IMG/VR virus record: IMGVR_UViG_3300002026_000174
Coordinates: 1-54,214 of that record
Origin: a virus
Lineage: Duplodnaviria > Caudoviricetes
DNA length: 54,214 bases
Strand: one strand, 5' to 3'
The notes beneath the pieces are model-generated. The model saw nothing but the letters and a program-made list of their open reading frames with translations. It did not search any database and had not been told where the DNA came from. Positions 1 to 10,600 of the stretch are shown here, in pieces; position 1 is the stretch's first letter; every line of letters begins with the position of its first letter. The position numbers were made by a program, and so were the translations under genes.

Positions 1-1
1 T

Positions 2-88
2 GCCAGCGGGCTCTCTGCGATGGGCTTTGGTGCGCTCTACACCTTCATCCACAAACACCGCGCTAACAACAAAGGCGCCGCAGAGTAA
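2..88 (+). CDS. 3' end of an upstream gene (partial)
   Basis: Open frame ASGLSAMGFGALYTFIHKHRANNKGAAE* ending TAA at 86-88, followed by a terminator hairpin. Confidence 0.5.
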   Translation, partial: ASGLSAMGFGALYTFIHKHRANNKGAAE

Positions 89-102
89 AGTTTTAAACCC
101 AT

Positions 103-149
103 AGCACACACTAAGCTTTTTATGGCTTAGTGTGTGCTTTTCTTTTTTT
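103..149 (+). terminator. Intrinsic terminator
   Basis: 14-bp stem AGCACACACTAAGC (103-116)/GCTTAGTGTGTGCT (125-138) followed by a T-rich run. Confidence 0.8.
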
Positions 150-195
150 ATTTACCTGCTCATCGAGTGAGCCTTAGGGCAAGCAGGACACACCC

Positions 196-2607
196 ATGAA
201 AATCAAATACCTCGAACTCTACAAGTACAAACGCTTTCCTCTCTTAGGCAAAGACCGATTGGTCATCGACTTCACCCACAAGCTCAACCTAGTTTTAGGT
301 GCGAATGGCTCGGGGAAAAGTTCAATTGTTTCAGAGCTCTCTCCGTTACCATCGTCTAAGGAAGACTTCTACGAGAATGGCTACAAGTGTATCGTCATCG
401 AACACCAAGCCAACACCTACACGCTCATCTCAGACATTGCCAACAACAGCTACAGTTTTCTCTTAGGTGAGGAAGAACTCAACCCCTCTCACTTGGTCAC
501 GATCCAGCGAGAGCTCGTCCAAAAGCACTTCAACCTTACGCAAGATATCTGGGATATCCTCACAGGTAAGACTAGCTTCACAGACATGACGCTGATTCAG
601 CGCAAGAAGCTCTTTAACACGCTCTCTCACCTGAACATTGAGACCATCCTCGATATCTACAACGAGCACAAAGACCAGCACAAACAGCAGCAAACGCTTC
701 TGAAGACCCAGTCTAACCTCTACACGATCGAAGCCAGCAAGCTCCTGGATCCCACTCTTCTAGATACGTTACACGACCGACTGACTCGCAACAACACCCA
801 CCTAGAAGCACTGATGGATATCCGCTCTAGTCTGAGCGTGCACCTGCAGTCTACCCCCTCGTCCAACCGCATAGAAGAGTATAAGCGTCTTAGAGCACTG
901 ATCTCGTCTACGCTGATGAAGCATTACGTTATCCTCTCAGCTTACCCTTATAAGCAGTATGAGACCAACAAAGCGTCTATCGCCTCTAAGCTAGACTTAT
1001 GTCAGTTTCGTCTGCAAGACTACTACCGTCGTATCGAGTCCTTAGAGACCACCTTGAAGTCCATTGAGCTCAAGAAGACCAACTCTAAGAAGAGCATCGA
1101 AGAGCGTCTAGAGGGCCTACACCAAACTGTACACAACTATCTGTCTAAACTGGTGTACGTCCAAAACCTCTCAGGATCGACGAGAGGCGATATCCATGCA
1201 TTGTATTACGCGATGTCTGATCTCGTCCCAGAAATGCCTTTAAACGCCGATAAACAGTACTCTAAGAGCGCTTACGATGCTAACCTGGAGAGTAAGTCGC
1301 AACTGCTAAAAGAGAAGCAGTCTTACTACCAGATGCAACTGCACCTGACCAAGGAGATTGATCTCTTAGCTAAACAAAAAGAAGACAACCAAGTCACCTG
1401 CCCGAACTGTGCGACGAGCTGGGTCATGGACTATGATCCTCTCAAGCATAACGCACTGATCGAGAGAAAAGTACTCACCGAGGCTAAGCTCGCACAGGTT
1501 GATCAAGCCATAGAAACGGTAGATGCGTACCTTACCTTGTTCTCCGAGTACATGGTCAAGTACCGCATCTATTCTCAGATCCGTCAGACCTATACACAAA
1601 AGTTCCCTATCCTTTTTGCCGAGATCGATAAAGAAGAACTGATCTTTAAGAACCCAAGAGCTATCCTAGGACTCATCAATACCGCTATCACCGATACGAC
1701 CTCACTCTCAGAGGTCACTCAACTCCAAGAGCAGATCCTGCAACTGGAGAAAGACTTACAGATCGTCTCTAACTTAGACACCGATGACAGCCAAGCCGTC
1801 ACTGAGGATATGGCGTCTACCATGGCTCAGATCACGGAGGTCTTAGAGGATAAGCAGCTCTACACCGAGCAAGCCCAACACAACGAGATCAGCTACAAAA
1901 TAGCCACTCACTTACTCACGATAGAGACCAGTTTGAACCAGACCCAGTCTCAGATCTTTGAGCACAACCTCTCCTATACCTTGCAAAAGGTGATCACCTC
2001 CATTGACACCGAGCTTAACCATATCCGTCTGCAAAACATCGAGACCCAGACGCAGATCTCTAACCACAATACCATCAACCAGCTCATCGAGCGCTATAGA
2101 CTCGATATCGAGGACACCACTCAGAATCTAGAGGTCTTACGCGTGATCACCGAGGAGCTTAACCCTAAGTCGGGCATCATCGGTCGCATCATCTCCAACT
2201 ACTTAAATAGCATCATCGAGTATGTGAACAAGATCATCTACAGCTTGTGGAATTACAAGATGGAGTTGGTAGCCTACAACCTAGAGAGTGACGTCTTAGA
2301 CTACCGCTTTAAGATCAACATCGAAGATAAGCTCTCTGTGAAAGACATCTCACTGGCATCTTCCGGGATGAAGGAGATCATCAACCTGTCCTTTAAGCTG
2401 GCGATGATGAAGCTCTTGAACCTCTCTCACTACCCACTGTACTTAGACGAGTTTGGCGCAAGACTCGATACAGAGCATAAGAGCAATATCTATAACCTCA
2501 TCTTCAAGTTCTTGAGTGATGATAACTACAGCCAGATCTATCTGATCACCCACACGGACTTAGCCTACAGTAACTTCAAGGACACACAAGTGATCCAATT
2601 GTCATAG
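196..2607 (+). CDS. sbcC: SbcC/Rad50-like SMC-family ATPase
   Basis: N-terminal Walker A GANGSGKS, long coiled coil with central CPNC zinc hook, C-terminal signature ASSGM, Walker B LYLDE, ITH switch; AGGA RBS. Confidence 0.9.
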   Translation: MKIKYLELYKYKRFPLLGKDRLVIDFTHKLNLVLGANGSGKSSIVSELSPLPSSKEDFYENGYKCIVIEHQANTYTLISDIANNSYSFLLGEEELNPSHLVTIQRELVQKHFNLTQDIWDILTGKTSFTDMTLIQRKKLFNTLSHLNIETILDIYNEHKDQHKQQQTLLKTQSNLYTIEASKLLDPTLLDTLHDRLTRNNTHLEALMDIRSSLSVHLQSTPSSNRIEEYKRLRALISSTLMKHYVILSAYPYKQYETNKASIASKLDLCQFRLQDYYRRIESLETTLKSIELKKTNSKKSIEERLEGLHQTVHNYLSKLVYVQNLSGSTRGDIHALYYAMSDLVPEMPLNADKQYSKSAYDANLESKSQLLKEKQSYYQMQLHLTKEIDLLAKQKEDNQVTCPNCATSWVMDYDPLKHNALIERKVLTEAKLAQVDQAIETVDAYLTLFSEYMVKYRIYSQIRQTYTQKFPILFAEIDKEELIFKNPRAILGLINTAITDTTSLSEVTQLQEQILQLEKDLQIVSNLDTDDSQAVTEDMASTMAQITEVLEDKQLYTEQAQHNEISYKIATHLLTIETSLNQTQSQIFEHNLSYTLQKVITSIDTELNHIRLQNIETQTQISNHNTINQLIERYRLDIEDTTQNLEVLRVITEELNPKSGIIGRIISNYLNSIIEYVNKIIYSLWNYKMELVAYNLESDVLDYRFKINIEDKLSVKDISLASSGMKEIINLSFKLAMMKLLNLSHYPLYLDEFGARLDTEHKSNIYNLIFKFLSDDNYSQIYLITHTDLAYSNFKDTQVIQLS

Positions 2608-2613
2608 AACAGT

Positions 2614-2656
2614 CTCTACCCACCCCTAAGCTGTTAAGGCCTAGGGGTGGGTAGAG
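2614..2656. terminator. Hairpin between convergent genes (bidirectional terminator candidate)
   Basis: 15-bp perfect stem CTCTACCCACCCCTA/TAGGGGTGGGTAGAG. Confidence 0.65.
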
Positions 2657-2670
2657 CTCTCATGGGTCTG

Positions 2671-4134
2671 TTAAGACTTGGTCACCTTGATTTGCTTCAC
2701 GAAGAAGTCCACCAAGTAATCGATCACGGTGTACAGTGCGGCTTCATCGGGCTTCATGCTCTCGTTCATCGAGAGGATGCGCTGCATGTTGGACAAGATG
2801 TAGTGTGCATTGGAGTAGAAGAAGCGAATAGCCCCTACCACCTCCAAACACACTTTCTCGATATCGTCGATGTTGTCAGTCGTGAGCGTCTTCACAAAGG
2901 CTGTGAACTTCTCATTGACCACAAAGTCGTAGTTGGTAATACCCTTGCGAGCATCCTTCTCTTCTTCCACCGCATTGCCCAGAGTTCCCACGAACGCGCT
3001 GGTGAGCATGTTCTTGAAGAGTTCGAGCTTGCCGCTGTTTAGGCGAATGATGTACAAAGAGCGCACGTTTTCCCACTTAGCCAAGTAGAAGTCTTTTTTG
3101 GCGATGAGCTCATCGACCTTGATGGTGTAAGCCTCTTCGTAAGAGATATACCCCAAGAGAGCCTCGATGGGGCAATTTGCTTCGGCCAAGAGCTTGAAGG
3201 ACTCTTCGTACACCGTGATCGGGTAAGAGGTGGTGCTAAAGGGCTGCACCACCACCTTGACCGAGCTGTTGACGGTCAACAGTTGGTTATTGCGAATGGT
3301 CTTGGCGTAAAGCTCTAGAGCTGCATACAGCTTATACCCAAAGGCGTTGCGGTTGTTGGACGCTTTGGTGCGCAACTGCATCACTGAATACCCGATGTTC
3401 AGATCGGTGCGCTCAGTGAGGTTACGGTAAAAGAGGTAGTTAGCCAGTGTATAGTCAAGCAAGTCCGGTACATCCACCATGTACTCTTTGATTTCGGTCG
3501 TGATGTAGGAGAGCACTTTCTCAGCAGAGACTTGCGCAATCCAACCCGAAATAGCGGCGTCAATCTCGGTATTACCTGTCAAGAGGTACGTGTTGACATC
3601 CAGCGTCTCAGCCGTGAGTTTACCGGTGCCGATGTAGTCGATCGTGTAACCGCTGGATGATTTGTAAGTTGCCACTTCACTGTCGATCAGCGCGCTGGCA
3701 AAGACATCGGCGGGCTTGAAGTAGGTGATCCCAAAGAAGTCTTCAGGTTCTTTGAACTTGTAGTTCGAGAGATCAGCGCTGAGCTTCTCAGACAGGGCTT
3801 TCACTTCGGGCACGACCACGGTACGGGCAAAGCGCACGTAGTTGGCGACGAGCTTGGTGAGCTTTTCACGATAGTCATCCATGAACGCGTCGTGGCTGCT
3901 CATGGCGTAGGTCTTACCGGTCTTGGTAGAGAGGTAGGTGCCTTCAGATGCATTCAAAAGGTGGTCGATCACACCAGGGATGTCTTTGGCCGCGTAAGAG
4001 GGGCGGTAGACGTTGTTGATGGCTGCGCACATTTCACCCAGAGCACTACCGGACAGAGGCTCCAAATGGATCTTCTTGTCCAGCAAAGACTTCGAGAAGT
4101 TGGCAGAGATTTCGAGGGACTGGTTGGACAACAT
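2671..4134 (-). CDS. Hypothetical protein, probably virion-associated
   Basis: 487-aa ORF with GGAG RBS and genome-typical codon usage; no catalytic motif recognised. Confidence 0.7.
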   Translation of the reverse strand: MLSNQSLEISANFSKSLLDKKIHLEPLSGSALGEMCAAINNVYRPSYAAKDIPGVIDHLLNASEGTYLSTKTGKTYAMSSHDAFMDDYREKLTKLVANYVRFARTVVVPEVKALSEKLSADLSNYKFKEPEDFFGITYFKPADVFASALIDSEVATYKSSSGYTIDYIGTGKLTAETLDVNTYLLTGNTEIDAAISGWIAQVSAEKVLSYITTEIKEYMVDVPDLLDYTLANYLFYRNLTERTDLNIGYSVMQLRTKASNNRNAFGYKLYAALELYAKTIRNNQLLTVNSSVKVVVQPFSTTSYPITVYEESFKLLAEANCPIEALLGYISYEEAYTIKVDELIAKKDFYLAKWENVRSLYIIRLNSGKLELFKNMLTSAFVGTLGNAVEEEKDARKGITNYDFVVNEKFTAFVKTLTTDNIDDIEKVCLEVVGAIRFFYSNAHYILSNMQRILSMNESMKPDEAALYTVIDYLVDFFVKQIKVTKS

Positions 4135-4146
4135 GTCTGTGGCTCC

Positions 4147-4365
4147 TTAAGCTGTAATCTTGGTGTTGAGGCTATTGACCACAGCCAGGCTGACGAGGTT
4201 CTTCGTCAAGTTTTCTTTACCCATCGTCTCCGAGATGCTGCTGCCTGCGAGCTGCTTGACCACAGAGGTGATGACTTCGACGATGTTGGAGACGACCACC
4301 GTGTTTTTGCGGATGGCTTCAATTTGGTTGGCGTTGATCTGTTCGTCAACTGTGAGGTCAGACAT
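4147..4365 (-). CDS. Small hypothetical protein
   Basis: 72-aa ORF with AAGGA RBS, directly upstream of and co-directional with 2671-4134. Confidence 0.65.
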   Translation of the reverse strand: MSDLTVDEQINANQIEAIRKNTVVVSNIVEVITSVVKQLAGSSISETMGKENLTKNLVSLAVVNSLNTKITA

Positions 4366-4469
4366 GTTGGTTCCTTTTAAAAGAGGCTATATTCACAATA
4401 TTGCCCAGGCTATTGCGATTAAAAACTAATAGATAGCGCCATCTCTTGACCTCCAACCGTGAGAACTGT

Positions 4470-6587
4470 ATGACCACCTTCATCAAACCCGCTGACCAGT
4501 ATACCCGCCAGATCGACCCCGTGAAGGCCTATGTCCAACAGGTCTCTGCCTATGTTGCTACGACCAAAGGCATCTCCGTAGAAGAAGCCACCGTGCTGGT
4601 TAAAGACATCGTCAGAAAGAACCTGCACAACCCTAAGCTCACTCATTTGCACCGCAAGGAAAACGGGGATCGCGAAGTGTCTGAGACCACCCTGCTCAAC
4701 TACATCTACTCCAACATCAAAGACGACAAGATCTTGGTGCCCACCTTTACGACTTACCTCAATGCCAAAGAGAAGAAGTCCATTCTGGCCGAATTCATTG
4801 CAGAGAACGTAAAGACCAGGTCGGTGTCAAAGAAGATCGCTCAAAAGGCCAAAGCCCAAGGTGACATGGACCTGTTCATTGCCAAGAACAATGAGCAAAA
4901 CAACATGAAGATCTACAATAACTCGCTCTCAGGTGCTTTTGCCCAGCGAGCCTGTATCCTCTTCAATGAGACCGCCCATAACACGCTCACCTCGATCACC
5001 CGCTCAGTCACTTCCCTGGCTAATGCTAATAACGAGAAAATCATCTCTGGTAACAGGTTCTACCAGAATCCTCCTTCGACTTTAACTAACATCGTCTACA
5101 TCGCCAGCAATGCCGATATCCCTAAGATAGCTGCCATCGTTGACAAGTACCACCTACACCTACCTTCTACGCTAGACACCATCAAGTGTCTGAAACGCAG
5201 CACCGATCTCTACTTCCAAGATGAGGTCTATTACCAAAACAAAATAGCCCCCTACCTCGATAAACTCACCCCTTACCACCGAGCAGCCATCTGTTATATC
5301 GGGGACCTCTACCACCTACGCCAATACAACGACACGTTCATCCGTGACTTCATCAACGAGATGATCCTGCCCGTAGAGAACACCGATACCAGCGCCGATG
5401 TGCCAGATCAGATCTACGCTATCGGTGAGAACATCCTCAACTACGTGCATCAGATCTGGTTCAGTTCTGTGAAGGGCTATGGTAAGGACTACGCCGCGAT
5501 GCATAAAGCAGGCGTGGCCGCCAGTATCCTCGCTACCGCCAAGCACGTTTTGAGTGTCTTAGATAAGTACCGAGACTTTCTACAGGCTTTCTTTGTCTCC
5601 GATATCCTGCCAAGCAATAGCAACAAACTCAAGTTTATGCGCAGACGCACGGTGGTCTTGAGTGACACGGACTCCACGTGCTTTACCTTGGATGAATGGG
5701 TGAAGTGGTACGCAGGCTCTTTCTCTGTCACGGATAAGAACATCGCCGTAGCCGGTGCGGTGAGCTTTGTGTGCACGGAGACCATCAAGCACATCCTAGC
5801 TCTCTTGTCTGCCAATATCAACGTCGCTCCTAAAGACCTTCACGTCCTGGCGATGAAGAACGAGTTTCTGTGGACCGTGCATATGCCCACCGAAGTCTCT
5901 AAACACTACGCCGCCTACACCGTCATGCAAGAGGGTAATGTCTTTGCTGAGCCTGAGTTGGAAGTCAAGGGTGTGCACCTGAAAAACAGTGCCGTGCCTA
6001 AGTTCATCATCAAAGACACCAATGAGCTCCTGGAAGGGGTCTTGAAGACCGTCAATGACAACAAAAAGATCAAGCTGAGCGATGTCTTGTCGCACATTAA
6101 GTCGATCGAGCTGATGATTTCTGATTCCATTGACCGAGGCGAGCCCGTCTTCTTGAAGAAGAGCTCGGTGAAGAACAAGGAGGCATATGTCGAAGATGAA
6201 TACAAGTCACCTTACCAGAGGCATCAGTTCTGGATGGGTGTCTTTGCTCCTAAATACGGGGAAGTCGCACCTCCACCCTACAATACGATCAAGATGCCCA
6301 CCACGATCACATCTGGCACCAAGCTCAAAGCCTGGGTAGCCTCTTTGGAAGACAGAGAGCTCGCTGGACGTCTGGAACAATGGCTACTCAAATACGCTAA
6401 GAAAGACCTACCCACTATCTATATAAACATGGACTACGCCCAAGCCTATGGTATCCCTAAAGAGATGCTGGGTGTGATCGATAAGAAGCGCATCATCCTA
6501 GATATCACCATCCAGTATAGACTCATCTTAGAGTCCTTAGGTTTACTCATCGAGAAGAACCGCACCATCACTGAGCTCTTTCGTTAA
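4470..6587 (+). CDS. Divergent family-B DNA polymerase, polymerase-domain subunit (phiKZ-type)
   Basis: Motif B QNNMKIYNNSLSG (KxxxNSxxG), motif C SDTDS, KHY and KGV motifs; no obvious 3'-5' exonuclease motifs, consistent with a split PolB; ATG 4470 preferred over TTG 4446. Confidence 0.85.
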   Translation: MTTFIKPADQYTRQIDPVKAYVQQVSAYVATTKGISVEEATVLVKDIVRKNLHNPKLTHLHRKENGDREVSETTLLNYIYSNIKDDKILVPTFTTYLNAKEKKSILAEFIAENVKTRSVSKKIAQKAKAQGDMDLFIAKNNEQNNMKIYNNSLSGAFAQRACILFNETAHNTLTSITRSVTSLANANNEKIISGNRFYQNPPSTLTNIVYIASNADIPKIAAIVDKYHLHLPSTLDTIKCLKRSTDLYFQDEVYYQNKIAPYLDKLTPYHRAAICYIGDLYHLRQYNDTFIRDFINEMILPVENTDTSADVPDQIYAIGENILNYVHQIWFSSVKGYGKDYAAMHKAGVAASILATAKHVLSVLDKYRDFLQAFFVSDILPSNSNKLKFMRRRTVVLSDTDSTCFTLDEWVKWYAGSFSVTDKNIAVAGAVSFVCTETIKHILALLSANINVAPKDLHVLAMKNEFLWTVHMPTEVSKHYAAYTVMQEGNVFAEPELEVKGVHLKNSAVPKFIIKDTNELLEGVLKTVNDNKKIKLSDVLSHIKSIELMISDSIDRGEPVFLKKSSVKNKEAYVEDEYKSPYQRHQFWMGVFAPKYGEVAPPPYNTIKMPTTITSGTKLKAWVASLEDRELAGRLEQWLLKYAKKDLPTIYINMDYAQAYGIPKEMLGVIDKKRIILDITIQYRLILESLGLLIEKNRTITELFR

Positions 6588-6672
6588 CATCCCTCGTAGC
6601 ATCCTCTGTGCCTAGTGCCGAGGATGCTATGAGCCATTTTGTGAGCATATCAACCAAGGAAAAGGACCACCC

Positions 6673-7650
6673 ATGCCTGCCACTTACCCTCTTGACCTAT
6701 CGGGTAACAGCCCGGCAAACCTAATAAACTCAGAATTGCACAGTGTTTCAGAGAGTCACTTCCGGGATTATTACTTCATCGTCCCCTTGTGTGCCCCGTT
6801 TTACGTGGACAACCTGGTGGTCAAACATACCTATAACAACGTCACCCGTATCCTCACGGAAGACGTTGAATACTCTTTGACGCTTCCCTACATCACGGGC
6901 ACGCGTACCACAGGCAAACCGATGTACGGTGCCTTCACCATCAACGATACGACCTTAAACGGCATCCTCTCGATCACCTACCAGACCTTAGGTGGCGACC
7001 AAATTGCTGACCGGCTGTACGTCTTGAACTTCCTCGTGGAGAAAGCCTACAACCCTCGCACGACTGTTTGGGATGTGGTCACCAACGTCCCGGTAGCTTT
7101 GCCACCCACCCCACACTACCAGGACTACGATCAGTTCTACGGGCAAGAAGAAGTAGTCGGTCAGCTCAATGCGATCAAGGACGCCATTCTTACCAACTCT
7201 CACAATACCGCCACGATTCTCTCTGGGTTCTTCACGGGGATCAACCCGACGCTGGGGAGCTACCTCAATAAGCTAGGTGATACGATGCTAGGACCCTTGG
7301 TCTTGGTGAGCGACCCGATGAGTGATTTGGAGCCTACGACCAAGCAATACGTCGACACCTACAAAACCTTTAATGATATCTCCGTGAATGGCAAAGTGAA
7401 CAAGGTCGGTGACACGATGACAGGGTTCTTGACTCTGAACGCCACACCAACCGCTGCTAACCACGCTGCCACGAAGGCCTATGTTGACCTCAGGTTACTG
7501 CGCTCAGGAGGTACCATGACAGGTGCTTTGACGCTCTCAGACACACCTACTGCTGCACTGCACGCTGCGACCAAAGCGTACGTCGATGCCCAGATACTCA
7601 TCCTACGCAATATGATAGACGATTTGTTAGCATCGACGAAGTTAAATTAA
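6673..7650 (+). CDS. Virion/baseplate-associated protein with C-terminal fibre-type repeats
   Basis: N-terminus (YPLDLSG..N....E.H, P..PF, TYQTLGG, W..V.N.P..P.P.H) is paralogous to 20626-21705; three GDTMTG/GGTMTG...ATKxYVD repeats shared with the fibre downstream. Confidence 0.75.
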   Translation: MPATYPLDLSGNSPANLINSELHSVSESHFRDYYFIVPLCAPFYVDNLVVKHTYNNVTRILTEDVEYSLTLPYITGTRTTGKPMYGAFTINDTTLNGILSITYQTLGGDQIADRLYVLNFLVEKAYNPRTTVWDVVTNVPVALPPTPHYQDYDQFYGQEEVVGQLNAIKDAILTNSHNTATILSGFFTGINPTLGSYLNKLGDTMLGPLVLVSDPMSDLEPTTKQYVDTYKTFNDISVNGKVNKVGDTMTGFLTLNATPTAANHAATKAYVDLRLLRSGGTMTGALTLSDTPTAALHAATKAYVDAQILILRNMIDDLLASTKLN

Positions 7651-7674
7651 CCACGACCCCAAGTAAGGACAAAC

Positions 7675-10600
7675 ATGAAACTCAACATCTACGGAAATCT
7701 GCCAGTCTTTCTGATCCACGATCCAGAAGAACCGTTGGAAGCAGCGACGAAGCAGTACGTCGATAACAACATCATCGCTCACCGCGACGATGTGAACCTG
7801 CACATGACGGCGCAGCAAAACACGTTCCTGGACAGTCTGAGCGTCACCGCCATTGAAGTCAATTACCTCTCGGGCGTGACCTCTGGCGTGCAAGCGCAGT
7901 TCGACAGCAAGGTCAATCTGGCTGGCGGCACCATGACCGGTCTGTTGACACTGTCAGGGGACCCCACACTGAACCTGCAAGCCGCTACCAAGCAGTATGT
8001 CGATACCGCTGACATTGCCCTGGCAGGACGGGTCTCTACGCTGGAGTCTTTGGGTGCTTCTTTGAATGCAGATGCCACCACCAAGACCTACGTCGATGCA
8101 CAAGACGCTCTGAAGGTTGCCAAAGCCGGTGACATCATGAGTGGTTTCTTGACCTTGTCGGCTGATCCTACCGGTGCGATGCACGCCGCGACCAAGCAGT
8201 ATGTCGATACCGCTGACTCGGCTTTGAACACCCGTTTGACTACTGCAGAAGGCACGATCGCTACACTGAACACAGATGCGACGACCAAGGCGTATGTGGA
8301 TACACAGTTGGCATTGAAGGTGGCCAAAGCCGGTGACACGATGACAGGTCCTTTGGTTTTGCCAGCTGACCCTTTGACGGCTTTGCAAGCCTCGACCAAG
8401 CAGTACGTGGACAGTGGTGACTCGGCTTTGAACACCCGTTTGGTGAGTGCTGAAGGTACCATTGCTGGTTTGAATACCGACCCCGTGACCAAGGCCTACA
8501 CCGATAGCCAAGACGCGCTCAAAGTGGCTAAGGCGGGTGACACCATGACCGGTCTGCTGACGCTGTCCGCTGACCCAGTGGTGAACATGCACGCAGCGAC
8601 CAAACGTTACGTGGATACAGCTGATTCGACTTTGGCTGCACGTGTATCTGCCAACGAGACCAACCTGGCCACACTCAACACCGACCCCACCACCAAGACC
8701 TACGTCGATACCCAAGACGCGTTGAAAGTGGCTAAGGCCGGTGACACAATGACCGGCGCGTTGATTCTGAATGCGGATCCTAGCGTGGCGATGCAGGCTG
8801 CAACTAAGCAGTATGTTGATACCGCTGACTTGGCCCTGAGCAACCGTGTGGACGTCACTGAGGCTAACCTGGGCACATTGAACGCGGATGCCACCACCAA
8901 GGCTTACGTTGATGCGCAAGACGCGCTGAAGGTCTCTAAGGCCGGTGACACCATGTCTGGCCTGCTGACGCTGTCTGCTGATCCGACTGCTTCGATGCAC
9001 GCCAGCACAAAACAATACGTCGACTCTTCGATCACTACCCATACGTCTAACGACGCCATCCACATCACTGCAGGTCAAAACAGCTTCCTCGATGCGGTAA
9101 CTGCCACTGCCACCGAAGTGAACCAGCTCGTGGGCGTGACTTCTGCCGTGCAAGGTCAAATCGACAGCAAGTTGCCTCTGGCTGGTGGTACACTGACGGG
9201 CAACCTGGTGATGTCTTCTGGCTCGGTGGTGACTTTGAACACCATGCCAGCAGCTACCACGGACGCTGTCAACAAAGCCTACGTCGATGGCTTGATCCAA
9301 GGTCTGAAATGGAAAGACCCGATCCTGGACTCCAACTTGGTCAACACCGGTCTGAACGTGGCACCTGCTGTGCCCGTGAACGGTTACAGCTATGTGGTTG
9401 GTGATGCACCTGTGGGTGTCTGGGCTGCCTTTGCGGGTCGTCTGGTGACCTATGATGGCACACAGTGGGTCGATGTCTTGGGTCGTGCAGTGGCCATTGG
9501 TGACCGTGTGGGTGTGGCTTTTGATGCACCTACCGGTGACGTTGGCGCTTCTTTGGTGGCTTTTGATAACCAAGTCTTGACCGTAACCGGTCTGGCGCCT
9601 CTGAGCTTCACGCAAGAAGTCAATGAAGCCAATGACACCACACTGGTGACTGATTCTCAGTCTTATAGCTTTGGCACCAGCTACACCTTCACGGATGAAT
9701 CCGGTTGGGTGAAAGTGTCGAGCAACATCAACTTCGTGACTGGCACAGGTCTGTCCTTGGCTGGTAAACTCTTGGGTGTGAACCTGAGCTCAGGTATCGA
9801 AGAAGTCAACGACGCCGGTGTAAGCCGTCTGCGTGCTAAACTGTACCCCAGTTCTGGTTTGATCTTCACGGAAGATGGTACGGCGACTTCGACTAGCCTG
9901 CAAGCTGCTATCGGCGTGAAGGTGGATGCCTCTACCGTCGTGCTGAGCTTGGGTGCTGTGGCTGTGGCGCCAGCGGTGATGTCTGACATCGCTGCTAAGA
10001 TGAACCGCTCTGGTGACACGATGACCGGTCTGCTGACTCTGTCGGCTGATCCCACTCTGGCACTGCAAGCCGCTACCAAGCAATACGTGGACAACGCTGA
10101 CAGTTTGCTCGATGGCCGTGTCGATACGCTGGAAGCCACTTCTGCGGCTCTGAACACTGATCCGACGACCAAAACCTACGTCGATGCACAAGACGCTTTG
10201 AAGGTTGCCAAAGCTGGCGACACGATGAGTGGTTTCTTGAGCTTGTCGGCTGATCCTACTGGTGCGATGCACGCTGCCACTAAGCAGTACGTCGATACCG
10301 CCGATAACGCCATGAACACCCGCATGGTTGCTGCTGAAGCGTCGATTGATGTGCTCGAAGCAGACCCGACGACCAAGACCTACGTCGACGCGCAAGACGC
10401 CTTGAAGGTGGCTAAGGCTGGCGACACGATGACGGGTAGCCTGATTCTGAGCGCTGATCCGACTGCTGCCCTGCAAGCTGCTACCAAGCAGTATGTGGAC
10501 AATGCCGATATCGCTTTGGATGGTCGTGTTGATACGCTGGAAACTACTTCCGCAGCTCTGAACACGGATCCGACGACCAAGACCTATGTGGACGCACAAG